Assembly: GCA_964019335.1 (NCBI GenBank)
Contig: OZ025745.1
Span: forward strand, 303,314-367,313
Source: Diplonema japonicum
Lineage: Eukaryota; Protista; Euglenozoa: Diplonemea
Length of the DNA stretch: 64,000 nt
Direction: 5' to 3'
Shown: piece after piece, positions 23,911 to 35,147 of the stretch
Layout of the letters: each line of letters begins with the position of its first letter
How positions within the stretch are numbered: position 1 is the stretch's first letter
Notes under the pieces: model-generated
What the model was told of the DNA's origin: nothing
What the model saw: the letters and a program-made list of their open reading frames with translations, nothing else
Database searches by the model: none
Position numbers and translations under genes: made by a program

Positions 23911-25374
23911 CTACTCCTGCCCCAGAACAAGTCTGAGGTTACTTGTGAGTGCAGCAATGTCGAGGTCACCATCGTCAGAGTGCCCCGGGCTGCAAGGCCG
24001 TCCCTCGTATGAAGTAACATCTTCAACTGACCAGAGGGACTTGCCTGAGGTGGACTTAGCGGAATGAAGAAGCGATATAGGTATAGGTTGTGCGGCTGCA
24101 GGGTTCGGAGTCAATGGAATGCCCACCACCTGTGGCTGTTGGGGCACCATGCAAGGAATGTATGCCACAGGGACCACCACAGGGGCAGCTTGCGGGAAAC
24201 GAAGCTTGTTAGGAGGGACCTTCTTGATGAACTTGGCGCCCTGTACGGAGACCCTGTCCCGTGACACATCCACGGCTGTCACACTGCACCCCATCCACGA
24301 CCCGTCGGACCTCAGTGTCTCGACGCGATCCCCTACTTTGAACCCTCCAAGTTCTGTTTGTTGTGCCCGTTCACTACCACCTTCTGACCTTTGCCATAGA
24401 GGTTGGTGGGATATGATAGTTGACAGTGCTGTGTGGGAGTCCCGTCTGGGGTCGAATTGTCTCAAAGCAATGTGGCATGATAGAATGTGAGCCCTGATTT
24501 GCCGCAGTCTGGTGCACGAACCCGTCAGGTTGCCTCCCGACACCGACACCACAGAGATCTCACCGTCGTGTACCTTCGGCAACGGTGCAGCAGTATCTCC
24601 TGATATCGATAGTTCCTTCAGGTTGATCTCCTTCCCGAACCCTTCAAAGAATGCGAGCAGTACTTCGCCTGCGTCCGTGGGCACAAGACACATCCTGCAG
24701 ATCTGGATGATCATGACTAACAACGCGAAGGGGGTGATGCCGCCTTTTCGGCTGTTGATGAGGTCCGCGCAGGCCTGCGCCAGCACGTGTCGCACCACGG
24801 CGACAACAACAGAGGCAGCGGGGAACTCGGCTTGCCAGTTTTTCGCTGCGGCGATTTTCAATTTCTCCTCCGAGTCCGTGTTTTGTACGAAAATGAGTGT
24901 CGCTGCTATGCCGTTGGGTGCCATGACCCGGACGGTGTCCCTGCCCTCTTCCGTCTTCGCGGGGACTTCAAGAGCACCCAACACCGACAGCGACGAGAGC
25001 ACACCTTCTGTGAGGGGGTCGCCGCCTGCGTTCTCGACGAGTACGTCCACACCTGATGTAGGGGTGCTGATGCCGTAGGCAAAGGAGCCCACGGTCATCA
25101 CCTCCGATTTCGGCATGATCCTCTGCACGACAGATACGATGCTCTGCAGCAGTGCTTCCCTTGCGCCCCTCTCCTTCCCATTCATGGCCACTAGCTCAGC
25201 GAACGCATTCAGCTCATCGGCGAGTGACATCGATGGCGGGACGCCCATAGGGTGCCAGGGCGTCTTGGCCCTCTCCATCTCGCCTCTTCCGTTCCTTCTC
25301 TTCTTCGAGCTATGGCTGTTCACGCTTCCATTGCTGGTGAAGGAGCTTAGTGCAGAGCTTGAGCCCCCCGGCAT
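23911..25374 (-). CDS. TRF4/PAP-like nucleotidyltransferase-fold protein, probably inactive, with a C-terminal Tudor/SH3-like module
   Basis: SLADELNAF...VMTVGSFAYGISTPTSGVDV (GS motif, DxD degenerate), KGGITPFALLVM, GEVLLAFFEGFG; C-terminal FKVGDRVETLRSDGSW. First ATG at 25374. Confidence 0.7.
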   Translation of the reverse strand: MPGGSSSALSSFTSNGSVNSHSSKKRRNGRGEMERAKTPWHPMGVPPSMSLADELNAFAELVAMNGKERGAREALLQSIVSVVQRIMPKSEVMTVGSFAYGISTPTSGVDVLVENAGGDPLTEGVLSSLSVLGALEVPAKTEEGRDTVRVMAPNGIAATLIFVQNTDSEEKLKIAAAKNWQAEFPAASVVVAVVRHVLAQACADLINSRKGGITPFALLVMIIQICRMCLVPTDAGEVLLAFFEGFGKEINLKELSISGDTAAPLPKVHDGEISVVSVSGGNLTGSCTRLRQIRAHILSCHIALRQFDPRRDSHTALSTIISHQPLWQRSEGGSERAQQTELGGFKVGDRVETLRSDGSWMGCSVTAVDVSRDRVSVQGAKFIKKVPPNKLRFPQAAPVVVPVAYIPCMVPQQPQVVGIPLTPNPAAAQPIPISLLHSAKSTSGKSLWSVEDVTSYEGRPCSPGHSDDGDLDIAALTSNLRLVLGQE

Positions 25375-25449
25375 GATGAGTCCTGCGATGTTGGTGATCT
25401 GGTGCAAAAGGTTTTATTGTTGAAAATAAGGAGTGTGTAATTGTGTAAA

Positions 25450-26205
25450 TCATCCGTGCAGCCTCTTCCATTCAGAGATTTTGAGGGCGTGCTCGTTGGC
25501 ACGTTGCGCCCCTACCGCAGCACCGGTGCCCCCTCCCACAGCAGCGCCAGCTATGAGGGCAGTGGGTGCAGACGAGGAGGTGACGACTGCGACGGCGGGG
25601 GTTGTGGCTGCTGCGGCGGTGGCCGTTTGAAAAGCGGAAGTGGCTGCAAGGAGGGCTTCTGAAGCGGCTGTGGTATTGGCTGCCGATGTGGCTGCTGCGA
25701 TGGGAGAGAGGCCTGCAGGTGGTGCGGCTAAAGTGGTGGTGGCTGCAAGGGCCGCTTCGTGCGTAGAAGCATGTGCCGCTGCGTGAGTTGCTGTGACCGC
25801 CGCCCTAGTGAGGCCAGGTATACTCGTACCGGTGGTGACCGACCCCTTCGCGAGGGGGATCACAGTTGTGGTACTCAGCAGACTCTTCCCCACGGCCCAC
25901 CCCACGCAGCCTCCAAAAAGAATCCCAGCCAACATCCCAGCCGCAACGAACTTAAGAGGGCTCGCCTCTTCGTCTCGTCGTCCATCTTCTGTTAAACTTG
26001 CGGCGCTCTCTTGGTACGCCCGCTTCCCTCTTCGCTTCTTCTTTAGTGCCACGGAACCCATTACAGTTTCAGTCTCCTCCTCCCCTCGAATGCCTCCCTC
26101 TTCCCTCACTGGCGTCTGCACAGGTGACCTCGCAGAGCAAGACGTCACTGTAGCAGGACTGCCCACCCGCTCCGCGGGCTGCAGCTTGTACTTCTCATCC
26201 CACAT
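25450..26205 (-). CDS. Hypothetical membrane protein with Ala/Thr-rich region
   Basis: ORF from ATG 26205 with a hydrophobic GxxxG-rich helix (FVAAGMLAGILFGGCVGWAVG); no family recognised. Confidence 0.6.
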   Translation of the reverse strand: MWDEKYKLQPAERVGSPATVTSCSARSPVQTPVREEGGIRGEEETETVMGSVALKKKRRGKRAYQESAASLTEDGRRDEEASPLKFVAAGMLAGILFGGCVGWAVGKSLLSTTTVIPLAKGSVTTGTSIPGLTRAAVTATHAAAHASTHEAALAATTTLAAPPAGLSPIAAATSAANTTAASEALLAATSAFQTATAAAATTPAVAVVTSSSAPTALIAGAAVGGGTGAAVGAQRANEHALKISEWKRLHG

Positions 26206-26389
26206 GCGGCCTGAGATACCTGATGAGGTGATAAACGACGCAATTATACAAAAGGAATGAGAATATACTTTCACTCTTCACATTCTAAGGAAGAAAAGGG
26301 TTGTGCAGGGAAGAGGGACTTAAAAAAACAAAAAAGAGGGGGGGGGGGGAAAGTGGGGAAATAATCTATATTCTTCATATTCTACGACT

Positions 26390-29267
26390 CTATGGGTAAG
26401 GGGTTCGCGGAATGGGTTGCGGGGTGCCTGCCTCGTCGGTGAACTCCTCGCGGATCCACTGCGGCGTCTCGTTGGGGTTTGCCTGCACCCTTTTCCATTT
26501 GACGACCTTACTGGGGTCCTGAGGGAAGCGGGGTTGCTGGGAAGGGTTATTATGAGGAGTAACGGGAGCAGAGGATTGCATGTCCCAATCACGAGGGGAC
26601 GTATGTGTAGGGGGGACGACCTCAAAGTGCCGTGTGACACGCCCTGTGCTAGGGTTGAGGGCTTTTTGAGCTTGAGTCAACTGAGGGGGACGTTCGCTGG
26701 GTTTTTGCCATTTCACCCCAACGACGATTGGCATCCCAGTCCCTTCCCCCGCGGGTATCCTGGACCATCCAGTGCCGTGAATGGCATCGGCGAGGGTTCG
26801 CTGCTCTTCAACATGTTTTAGCCTGACCAGGTTGTGTCGCAGAGTGGCCTCTTCGTCCTTCATCCTGTCTCTCTGTGCCTTTTCCGACCTGAATATCTCC
26901 CTCAGCTGGGTTTCAACAGACTCTAGCGTTGCCCTCCTCCTCATGTCATCCATCATCTCTTCAAGCTTCTTCCTCCGCTCGTCCGCTTCCTTCCTTTCTT
27001 CTTCTCTTTGCTGCATCATTTTTTCGTTGTTGGCAGCGGCCGCGGCTATCGCGTCCTCATGAGCAAGGCCCAGGTCTCTGGCGAGGGTCCGCGTTCGCTC
27101 CTTTGCTTCGCACAGCCTCGGGTCGTCCTCACCGGATGACTGTTTTGAGTTATTATGTTGAAGTGTTGTGTGCATACCTCAGGCGCTCCGAGGTGGAAAA
27201 CAGCCTTTTTAAAGTCCACTGGGCGATTGGTCGAGATACATGCAGTGTACTGATCGGAGGTCATAGCACCCTTCAAGCTAAGCATCAGCCTACGATACGT
27301 GGGAGTCCTGTTCCTGTTTGGTTTGGGTGTCTTGCAGCTTTTCCATGTTCATTCATACCCAGCAGTGGCTGTCACAAAACCATGTGTGATGTTAGAAGGT
27401 GGCTCGGGGCCCTGCATGGGAGTGTCGCGCATGGTGCTGATCTGCACGATGTGTGCGGAAGCAGAGTTGGTGTGGCCTTCCGTCACTCGGAAGCTGTTGT
27501 CGGGGTTTGCAAACATCTTGAAGGGCAGCGACTGTGGTGTGATATTCGTGTGTTGAAAACAACGCTTCTGCATACTATAGCCTGTCCGCTGGGGAAACAG
27601 TCGATAAGCAAGGTGAGCTTTACCCCTGGGGGGAGTGCCGTCACAATTGCCGTTACAGTGCTGTTTGGGATGGGGCCTGTCTGCTCGAAATCGCTTGGCA
27701 GTAAATCAGACCCATCGCCGCCTTCCAAAGACGGCTGCGCCCTCCCACAGTAGTAGAAGAACAAGCACTGCCCGGGACGTGCGTCCTCCACGAGCCACCT
27801 GACCGCCGTTAAAATGTTTGTGTGGTTCGGCTGCGCTTCGGGAGACGGGAGGTCGTCACATAACGCGAGCTGCTGGCCAAAGAAGCCTTGCTCCAGGAGG
27901 TACGCCTTCATCCTGTCTACTTTCATTGTTGATTCGGTGATTTCATGGGGAGTGCCCCTGTAACCAATACCGACCAAAAGTGACTTTGCGGACCCATGGA
28001 TGGCCTGAGGTGCCACCTGTTTCACAGGGCCCTCGTCCTCCACCTCCATGTCGTAGCCATCGTCGGCTATGTCGCGAACGATGAACTCCGTGTTCCCCAA
28101 GTACGTCCGGCCCTCTTCGAGGTGTCCCCTGTGCACTGACCCAACGGGCACCCTTGTGGGGTCCACGGCAGTGGGTATCCCCAGGTTGGTGTTCTTGATG
28201 AAGGGGTCAAGTTTAGCAGCCCTGTGCGACATTGCCTGATTGTTGCGTCAGCACATACCTTTGTAAGTGTGCGGCACGAACAGGATCACCCCCGTGCTTG
28301 GCGTAGTCCTGTAACAAGATGAGCATAACATTGGTGCGCATACCCCAAAAGCTATGTCTTGGTTTGTGTTGTAGTAGTTCTCGAGCGCCTTCCTCCTGAT
28401 GTCGAGGCCGTCGAGCTTCTCGTTGAGCAGGTCCCGTGCAGCACGTGCCAGTTCCTTGTTCTCCACCTCTGCTACTATAGCAGCAGGGTCCCTCAAGCCA
28501 TTCGGTCTCATTGGAGGCGTTCTCGGAGGGCTAACATCGACCTTCTCGGGATGCATAGACACCTCCCCAGGGTTCCGGGAGTTGTAGCTGCTGACCAAGC
28601 GATGGAGGTCGTCGTTCCCGAGGTGAGCGAGGTCGTTGCGGGTGAGCTGCTGTGTGACAGGGTCCGAGGGAGGTCTGTAGCCAGTATTTCTGCCAAGGAA
28701 AGGGTCCATGGCCTCGAGAAGGGGGTCCTGTTCTCGCTGCAGGGCAAGCAGGGCAGAGGTGTTCATGTTATTCGCCAGGTTAGTCTGATAGCTCTGGAGG
28801 TGTGTGCTGCCTTGTTGCGGTGCTACTGCGGGCATGGCGTGGCCGTAAGGCTGGGTGGCTGGGAAGAATGTCTGGTGGACTTGTTGTGGCTTAGGAGGGG
28901 GCGCGTACTGCTGCGGCGGGAGGGGTGCATAGGTAGGTAAGTTGTTTGTGGGCACAGCAGTAGGTGCCGCAGATACTTGAGGGAAGGGATCTACTACAGG
29001 AGCTGACGGCGGCGTTTGCGGGGGGAGCACAGGCGTTCCTCGTGCCCCGTCGCCTCCTGCCGAGACGCTTCCCTTTCTCATCGGCCGGTCAGCTTGCGAC
29101 GGTGCCCGAAGCCCCCCAGGACCGCTACCACCAGAGGGCCTCGACCCCAACCCCGACGAAGACATCCTCAGGCCTCTTAAAGACGACCCCCCAGGTCCCC
29201 CCACCGTACTATTATTCATTAACTCGCTTTCATCTCGCTGGATCTCTTCTCTTGTCAGGTCGGACAT
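26390..29267 (-). CDS. Metacaspase-like (C14 fold) protein, catalytically dead; Pro-rich N-terminus, coiled-coil C-terminus; 6 exons
   Basis: Five introns (28309-28343, 28222-28258, 27532-27575, 27314-27358, 27140-27177) join five ORF-track fragments in frame. Metacaspase pattern KSLLVGIGY...NILTAVRWLV...PGQCLFFYYCGRA...LLPSDF...LPPGVKLTLLIDCFPSG. Confidence 0.8.
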
Positions 29268-29468
29268 CGCATGTTATTATGGCAGAAGACGAGAAGAAGA
29301 GGGGGCAGGAAAAATTAATAAAGGAACAAAAGACCCCCCAACTGTTTGGAGTATAAAACAGGGCTGCACTACCGGGGGGGGGGGGGGGGGGGGAAGAACT
29401 AACAAGAATTCTCGAAAGATGTTTTTTTTGGGGATGGGAAAAGTGACACAGATGATGAGTCATGTTAA

Positions 29469-31629
29469 CTACATTCGCTTAATGGACATTTCCATGGTTG
29501 CAAGGGAGCCTATGGCGTGTAGGGTATAAAAGGCAACGAGGGTAACTATCTTATAAAGACCGAAGAGCAGGGCAGGCCAGACCACATCGCGAAGCCCTGG
29601 TGTGGGGTAGAAGGCTTTTGCGTGTTTCCAAACCTGTGATATTTTTTTCACACCCCCCCTTTTTCTTCTCCCATACAATTTTCTCGACATCCGGACGTTC
29701 TTTAAGGCTCTTCGCAGCAGCGACATGGTCACGGAGGTGAGGGTACTCACTACTCACGTCTGCAGCGTACCTAAGGTAGTTGGTTTGATAAAAAAAGCAT
29801 CTACCATACCCTTTCTGTTGCACCACCAAGAATGGTCCCGACACCCTCGGTTCCCACCCGAAACACATCACAAAGAGGTAGTCTACAATGTCAGGAGTGA
29901 CCCATTCGATCTTCTCTATCACCGTTAATATTTGTTCGCACAGCGTGCAGATGAAGCGCTTTGTCTTCTCAGAAGGGTTTGCCGTCGACACCGGCTGTCC
30001 CTCCCCGTTCTCTATAATGAATGTCTCTGGCTTCAAGTTCAGTGCTTTCGCCAGCGTTCTCGGCTCCAGCCCTGCTGTCAGTACGATCCTTGCAACGAGG
30101 CCCTCTATAATATTCACAATCCCCTCCTTCGTTGCTACCACCACGCTTCCCATCTGTGACAGCTTCTCTTGCAGCAATTCATGGCTGTCGTCCAGTACCA
30201 GGTCCGCCACCACGCCAGTCTTCCCAACATAGAAAGCACCGGTGAAGGAGAACTTTGTGCACGGGGTTTGGATTCCCTTCGGTGCCATCCACAGCCAGTT
30301 GTCCTTGTCGCTGCTGTTGGCAAGCGTCTTCATTTCCTCTTCGGGCACATTCCCATCCTCCGCAATCAGGATGACCACCACGTCGTACCCCGAAGGTGTC
30401 GGCACTCCTGAGTCCGCGAAGGTCCCCGTGTGCTGGAGCCTCGAGAGGTACTTCTCCGATTTCTTCCCTAGGGTCTCCTCCAAGTGGTCGACCGTGAGGA
30501 TGCGCTCCACGGGCTGCCCGCATATCAGGCAAAAGGTGTTTTCTTTCTTCAAGGCTAGGGACAGCACAGCAGCAGCCCCCGACGGCTTGCACACGACCAC
30601 CAACCCCTTCCCCTCGCAGCTCTGCTTTTTCATCATCTTCCCCACATCACGGTTTGCCTTCCACAGCCTCATGAAGGCCTTGGCGTCGGAACCCACGGCA
30701 AGCGCAGCAGTCGCGTCGACCATCTTCTGCCGTGCCACTTCAGGGCCGCAGTACCTGCATGCTAGAAGGGTGCTCAGAGCCACGTAGGGCGCAGCGAATC
30801 TTTGTTTCACCTGTTTGTCAATAGCCTGTTTTGAAAACCATTGCAACCCCCCGATGCCCACAACGGTTGACTCCAGCCAGTCGTCCCGCTTGGTGCAGCC
30901 CCTGCGGAGGACCACTGTGGGCGACCTCTCAATGATATCCCACGCCAGCTGGTCGAGCTCCAGGTAGGCAGCGGAGGACGTGCGGTCGGGGAGGAGGAAG
31001 TCGGCCATGCGGTTCTCGTAGGCAGCCATGCCTGGGAGGACGGTGCCCTTGAGGATAAGGTCGGCGGCGGTTGCTAGACCGAGAAGCTGGGGGAGCTTTA
31101 TAACACCGCCGGCCCCAGGGATGAGACCGAGCTTTACTTCGGGGAGGCCAATAGAGGTGTTCTTTCTGGAGATGCAGCGGATCGTGGTGTGGAGGGCGAG
31201 CTCGTAGCCGCCGCCGAGGCAGGCACCGTGAAGCACCGACAAGGTAGGGATCCCAGCGTTTTCAAGCGCCTCAAAGGCGGTGACAGCCTTCAGGAGCGAG
31301 GCTCGCATTTTAGTGTAGTCCATAGCTTCGTACACCAGATCGATGTCGGCACCCACACAGAAGCCTTCCTTCTCACTCAAAACCACTATGAGGTCCACCT
31401 TGTCGCACACTGAAGCTTCGACCGCTGCTTGCAGCTCGTCAGAGAACACATCGTCCACCACGTTAGCCCTCCGCCCCTTCCTGTTTAAAACAATCCATGC
31501 TACCCTCCCCTCCTTCGCACCAGGCAGGTCTCCTCCCCTTGGGTTCCTCGCTGTGCTTACGTACCTGCAGATCGCTTCACCATTCGACACCCTCGTGGAG
31601 TCGTTACAATGGACAGGGAGGTACGCCAT
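29469..31629 (-). CDS. Enoyl-CoA hydratase/multifunctional beta-oxidation enzyme alpha-like protein with diverged C-terminal half and hydrophobic tail; 3 exons
   Basis: Crotonase motifs FCVGADI, GACLGGGYELAL, GLPEVKLGLIPGAGG. Introns 29771-29809 and 29634-29676; the last exon encodes VVWPALLFGLYKIVTLVAFYTL. ATG at 31629. Confidence 0.8.
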
Positions 31630-32006
31630 AGCCTGTGAGGTTGCGGGAAGGGGAAGAATGGGAAAAAAAAAAGAAAAAAAAGAAGCTGAGATGGAATGGG
31701 AGGGGGTTTTTTTTTTCCTACTTACTTCCTCTTTATTTGTATTGAGAGGGTCTTCTAACTTTTGCGTTTGTTTCATGTTTCTTTTTTTTGTTCACCCCCC
31801 TCAGAAAAAAGAAGAGGGGGTATTAATATTATTTTTCCTTTGCCGTCACCCCCCCCCCGAGAGTTTCTCGGGAAAACACGACGTAAAGCTTATTTGTTGT
31901 TGTTTTTTTTTTTTTTTTTTTTTCATCTGGGAGAGAGAGAGGGTGTTTTTTTTTTTTTTTAAAAAAAAGTAACGACATCAATCGCCCGTTTTCTTTCCTT
32001 CCACCC

Positions 32007-33648
32007 TCACTCAGCAATGCATTGCAACTCCAGCGCAACGGGTGCAGCCTCGTGAATCGGCTCACCAACATACGGGACAAACCAACAATAGAAAACGCTT
32101 ACAAGCGGAGACAACGCAAGGGCCCAGCCCATGACAGTGACGGACGTCGGCTGCTCAATTCCGTGAGGGTTGGGAGACGGGTCGATCGTGTCAAAGAAAT
32201 TCATTACGATGAGTATCGAAAAGCATAAAGGACAAAACCACTTAATACACCCCCACCAGAAGGGCTGTATGTGCCGCTTGCAATGCCGCAAAAACTCCTG
32301 TGAACCGCTTATCCCCGTAAAGGTGTGCCACCGTGATACACTCAATCAGGACAACAAACATCAACGAGAAGGTGCTGCACCAGTGATCCAACCACTCGAA
32401 CCAGAACAATCCTGCATCGGTTGCAAAGATAAGCCCGCAGAAAAAACCCGCAATGCAGATAATACCTGCAAGGTGTTGCTGATTAATGGGAACCTTCATG
32501 TCCTTCACGAATGTGAGGATGACCTCAACAGTGGCGAATTCACTGTCGACGCCAAGGCAGAAAAGCATCAAGAAGAAACAGATGGAGAAAAACTGCGGAA
32601 CCGGGAGCAAGCTCAGCCCTGCTGGGTAAGCGATGAACGCCAGCCCCGTCGACCCGTCCGCCACCTCAGATACATCAACTCCACTCGCGTGAGCAAGATG
32701 CCCGAGAATCGAAAAAATAGCAAAACCCGCAAATATCGATGTGAACGAGTTGATCGCAGGCACCAAAATCGCATCTTGAACTACATTTTCCGTCTTTGGA
32801 TTGTACGATCCGTAAGCAATGAGAGACCCGAAACCGGTTCCTAGCGAATAAAATACTTGGTTTGCTGCTGCTGTCCAGACCCTTGTGTCGGCAAGCTTAC
32901 TCATGTCGGGTGTTAAGTAGAAACGTATCCCGTCGCTGGCACCTTCGAGCGTAACACCTCTGAAGAACAAAAGAACAAGAAGAACGTAAGGAAGCGTTGC
33001 TGTTACATAAACAACTTTGCTGCTGCTTTTTATCCCACGGTGGATGCACTCGTAGATGACGAGCCATGACAAGGCAAGACAGCCGACCAACGGCCAGTTG
33101 AACCTATTCACGTCGTAATATCCCATTGACTGGTCTGTCGCATCTTTCACCCAGAATTTCGTGGCGGTGGAAACCAGTTGGGTGGAGTCTGGAGAAGACC
33201 ATGGTAAAGGGTCCTTGAAGCAGTGGAAGAAATAGAAGAGTGACCAGGCGATGACAACATTGTAGTAAATACCCACTGTGGCAGAGAGGAACACAGCGAT
33301 GATGCCGATGGACCTTAGCTTCGGGTACATTTCTACACAGGAGTGGTATGTACCGCGTCGGAACCGCTGGCCGACAGCAAGTTCCAGCAGAAACACGGGT
33401 GCGCCGAGGAATACTAGAGCGAACAGGTACGGTATTAGGAATGACCCGCCCCCGTTTTTGTAGCACAAATACGGGAATCTCCATACATTTCCCACCCCCA
33501 CTGCGTATCCTACCGTCGTCAACAAGAATTCAATCCGTTTTCCAAACGTTTCCCTCTCGTCGCCTTCCTCTACTATGCTGGGTTTTCTTGTGAGTGTGTA
33601 TGGTGAGGCAGGTGACTCCGAGCCTTCTTCTTCTGCAGGGGGGTCCAT
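32007..33648 (-). CDS. Sodium:neurotransmitter symporter (NSS/SLC6) transporter, with an apparent frameshift near 32300
   Basis: Signature RETF...GYAVGVGNVWRFPYLCYKNGGGSFLIPY, QVFYSLG, GLAFIAYP, LGVDSEF; TM11-12 continue in a second frame (ORF 32007-32345). Confidence 0.88.
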
Positions 33649-34508
33649 TTATTTTTTAAACTTTTTTTTTGGGGGTGTGGTGAATAAGGTGTATAAAAAA
33701 TATTAAAAAAAAAGAACGGGGGAAGAAAAAAAAAAAAAGAAGGAAAAAAAAAAAAAAAGGGAGGGGTGAGAAATATAAGGGAAGAAAAAAAAAAAAAAAG
33801 GAGGCGGAGGGATGGGGTGGCAAAGAAGAAAAAAAAGAGACATTTAAAAAAAAAAAAAAAAAAATCGCCACCTTTTTTTTCCCCCTTTTTTTTTTTCTAT
33901 TATTCCCTCATCCTCGCCTTGCGCTGGCATCCTCCTGCAGACCCTTCAAAGAACAGCGGTATTATAGAATCCACTTATTTTTCCATTTTCTCAGCACACC
34001 GGGGGGGGGGGGGGGGGGCAGGTATGTCACCGGCAAAGGGCACAGAAATAGAATTCAGCTATCACAGCAATGAACGCCATCAAGGCGCGGTTGCCACTTT
34101 TTCTCCACACTCATTCAGTGTTTTCTCAAAAAAAAAAAGTGAGGGTGGGGGATAAAAAAAAAAAAAAGAGGGGGAGAGGTAAAGGTATGCTACTCTGTGT
34201 TCTTTTTCTGTTGTTTCACTATTTTTTTCCCCTGCCTCTTTCTTTTTTTTTAATTATTTCTGTTTTTTTTTTTTACCCCTCTACCTCCTTGCTGTTTTTC
34301 CTTCTTTTTTTTTTTTTATATTCTCCTCTTCTTCTTCAGGCTACCTGAGGTGTGTAAGCGAAGAGGAAAGAAAAACTTAAGGGGGACTCGAAAAAAAAAG
34401 AGGGAGGGAAATCACTTCTCAGGAAAGGGGGGAAGGGGAGGAAACGGAAAAAAAAGTTTTTTTTTAAAAAAAGGCGTAATGGAACTTGGACAAAGACGAA
34501 AAAACCGG

Positions 34509-34539
<31 letters not shown>

Positions 34540-34993
34540 TTGGTTGCTGCACCTTTCGCATCAAGTGTAGCGGGGCATAAAAAAGGGGGTGGAGGGGGAG
34601 GTGGTAGGAAAATAAATAAAAAAGTGTGTGCGTGTTTCAGAAGAGGGCATAACTGAATACACTTTTTTTTCTTGTTTATATTATTTTTATACCCCCCCTG
34701 GTTCATTTTCCTGTTCGTGCTCTACATATTCCACCTGTGTTTTTACCTTTCCCCCCCCTCCCCCCACCCCACCCCTCTTTTTTTTAAGTTGCCGATCAAT
34801 GCGTTTACACATGAACACTCCTTATTTTTTCTCTCTCCCCTTTCTCTTTTCTGTTTTTCTTGTTTTTTTTTTTAAATCCCCTCTTTATTTTCTCAGGGAT
34901 TTAATGCCCTCGGGAGGGGGGGTGGCTAGAGACAAAGAAAAAGGGTCGTTTTTTTTTTTTTTTTTTTTTGAATTTTTTTTTATTTATTGTACA

Positions 34994-35037
<44 letters not shown>

Positions 35038-35052
35038 ATCCCCTCTTCTCCC

Positions 35053-35105
35053 TTATTCCATGACCGATTTAAACCAAGTACAAAGGTCGACTTTATTCTC
35101 ATGCT

Positions 35106-35147
<42 letters not shown>

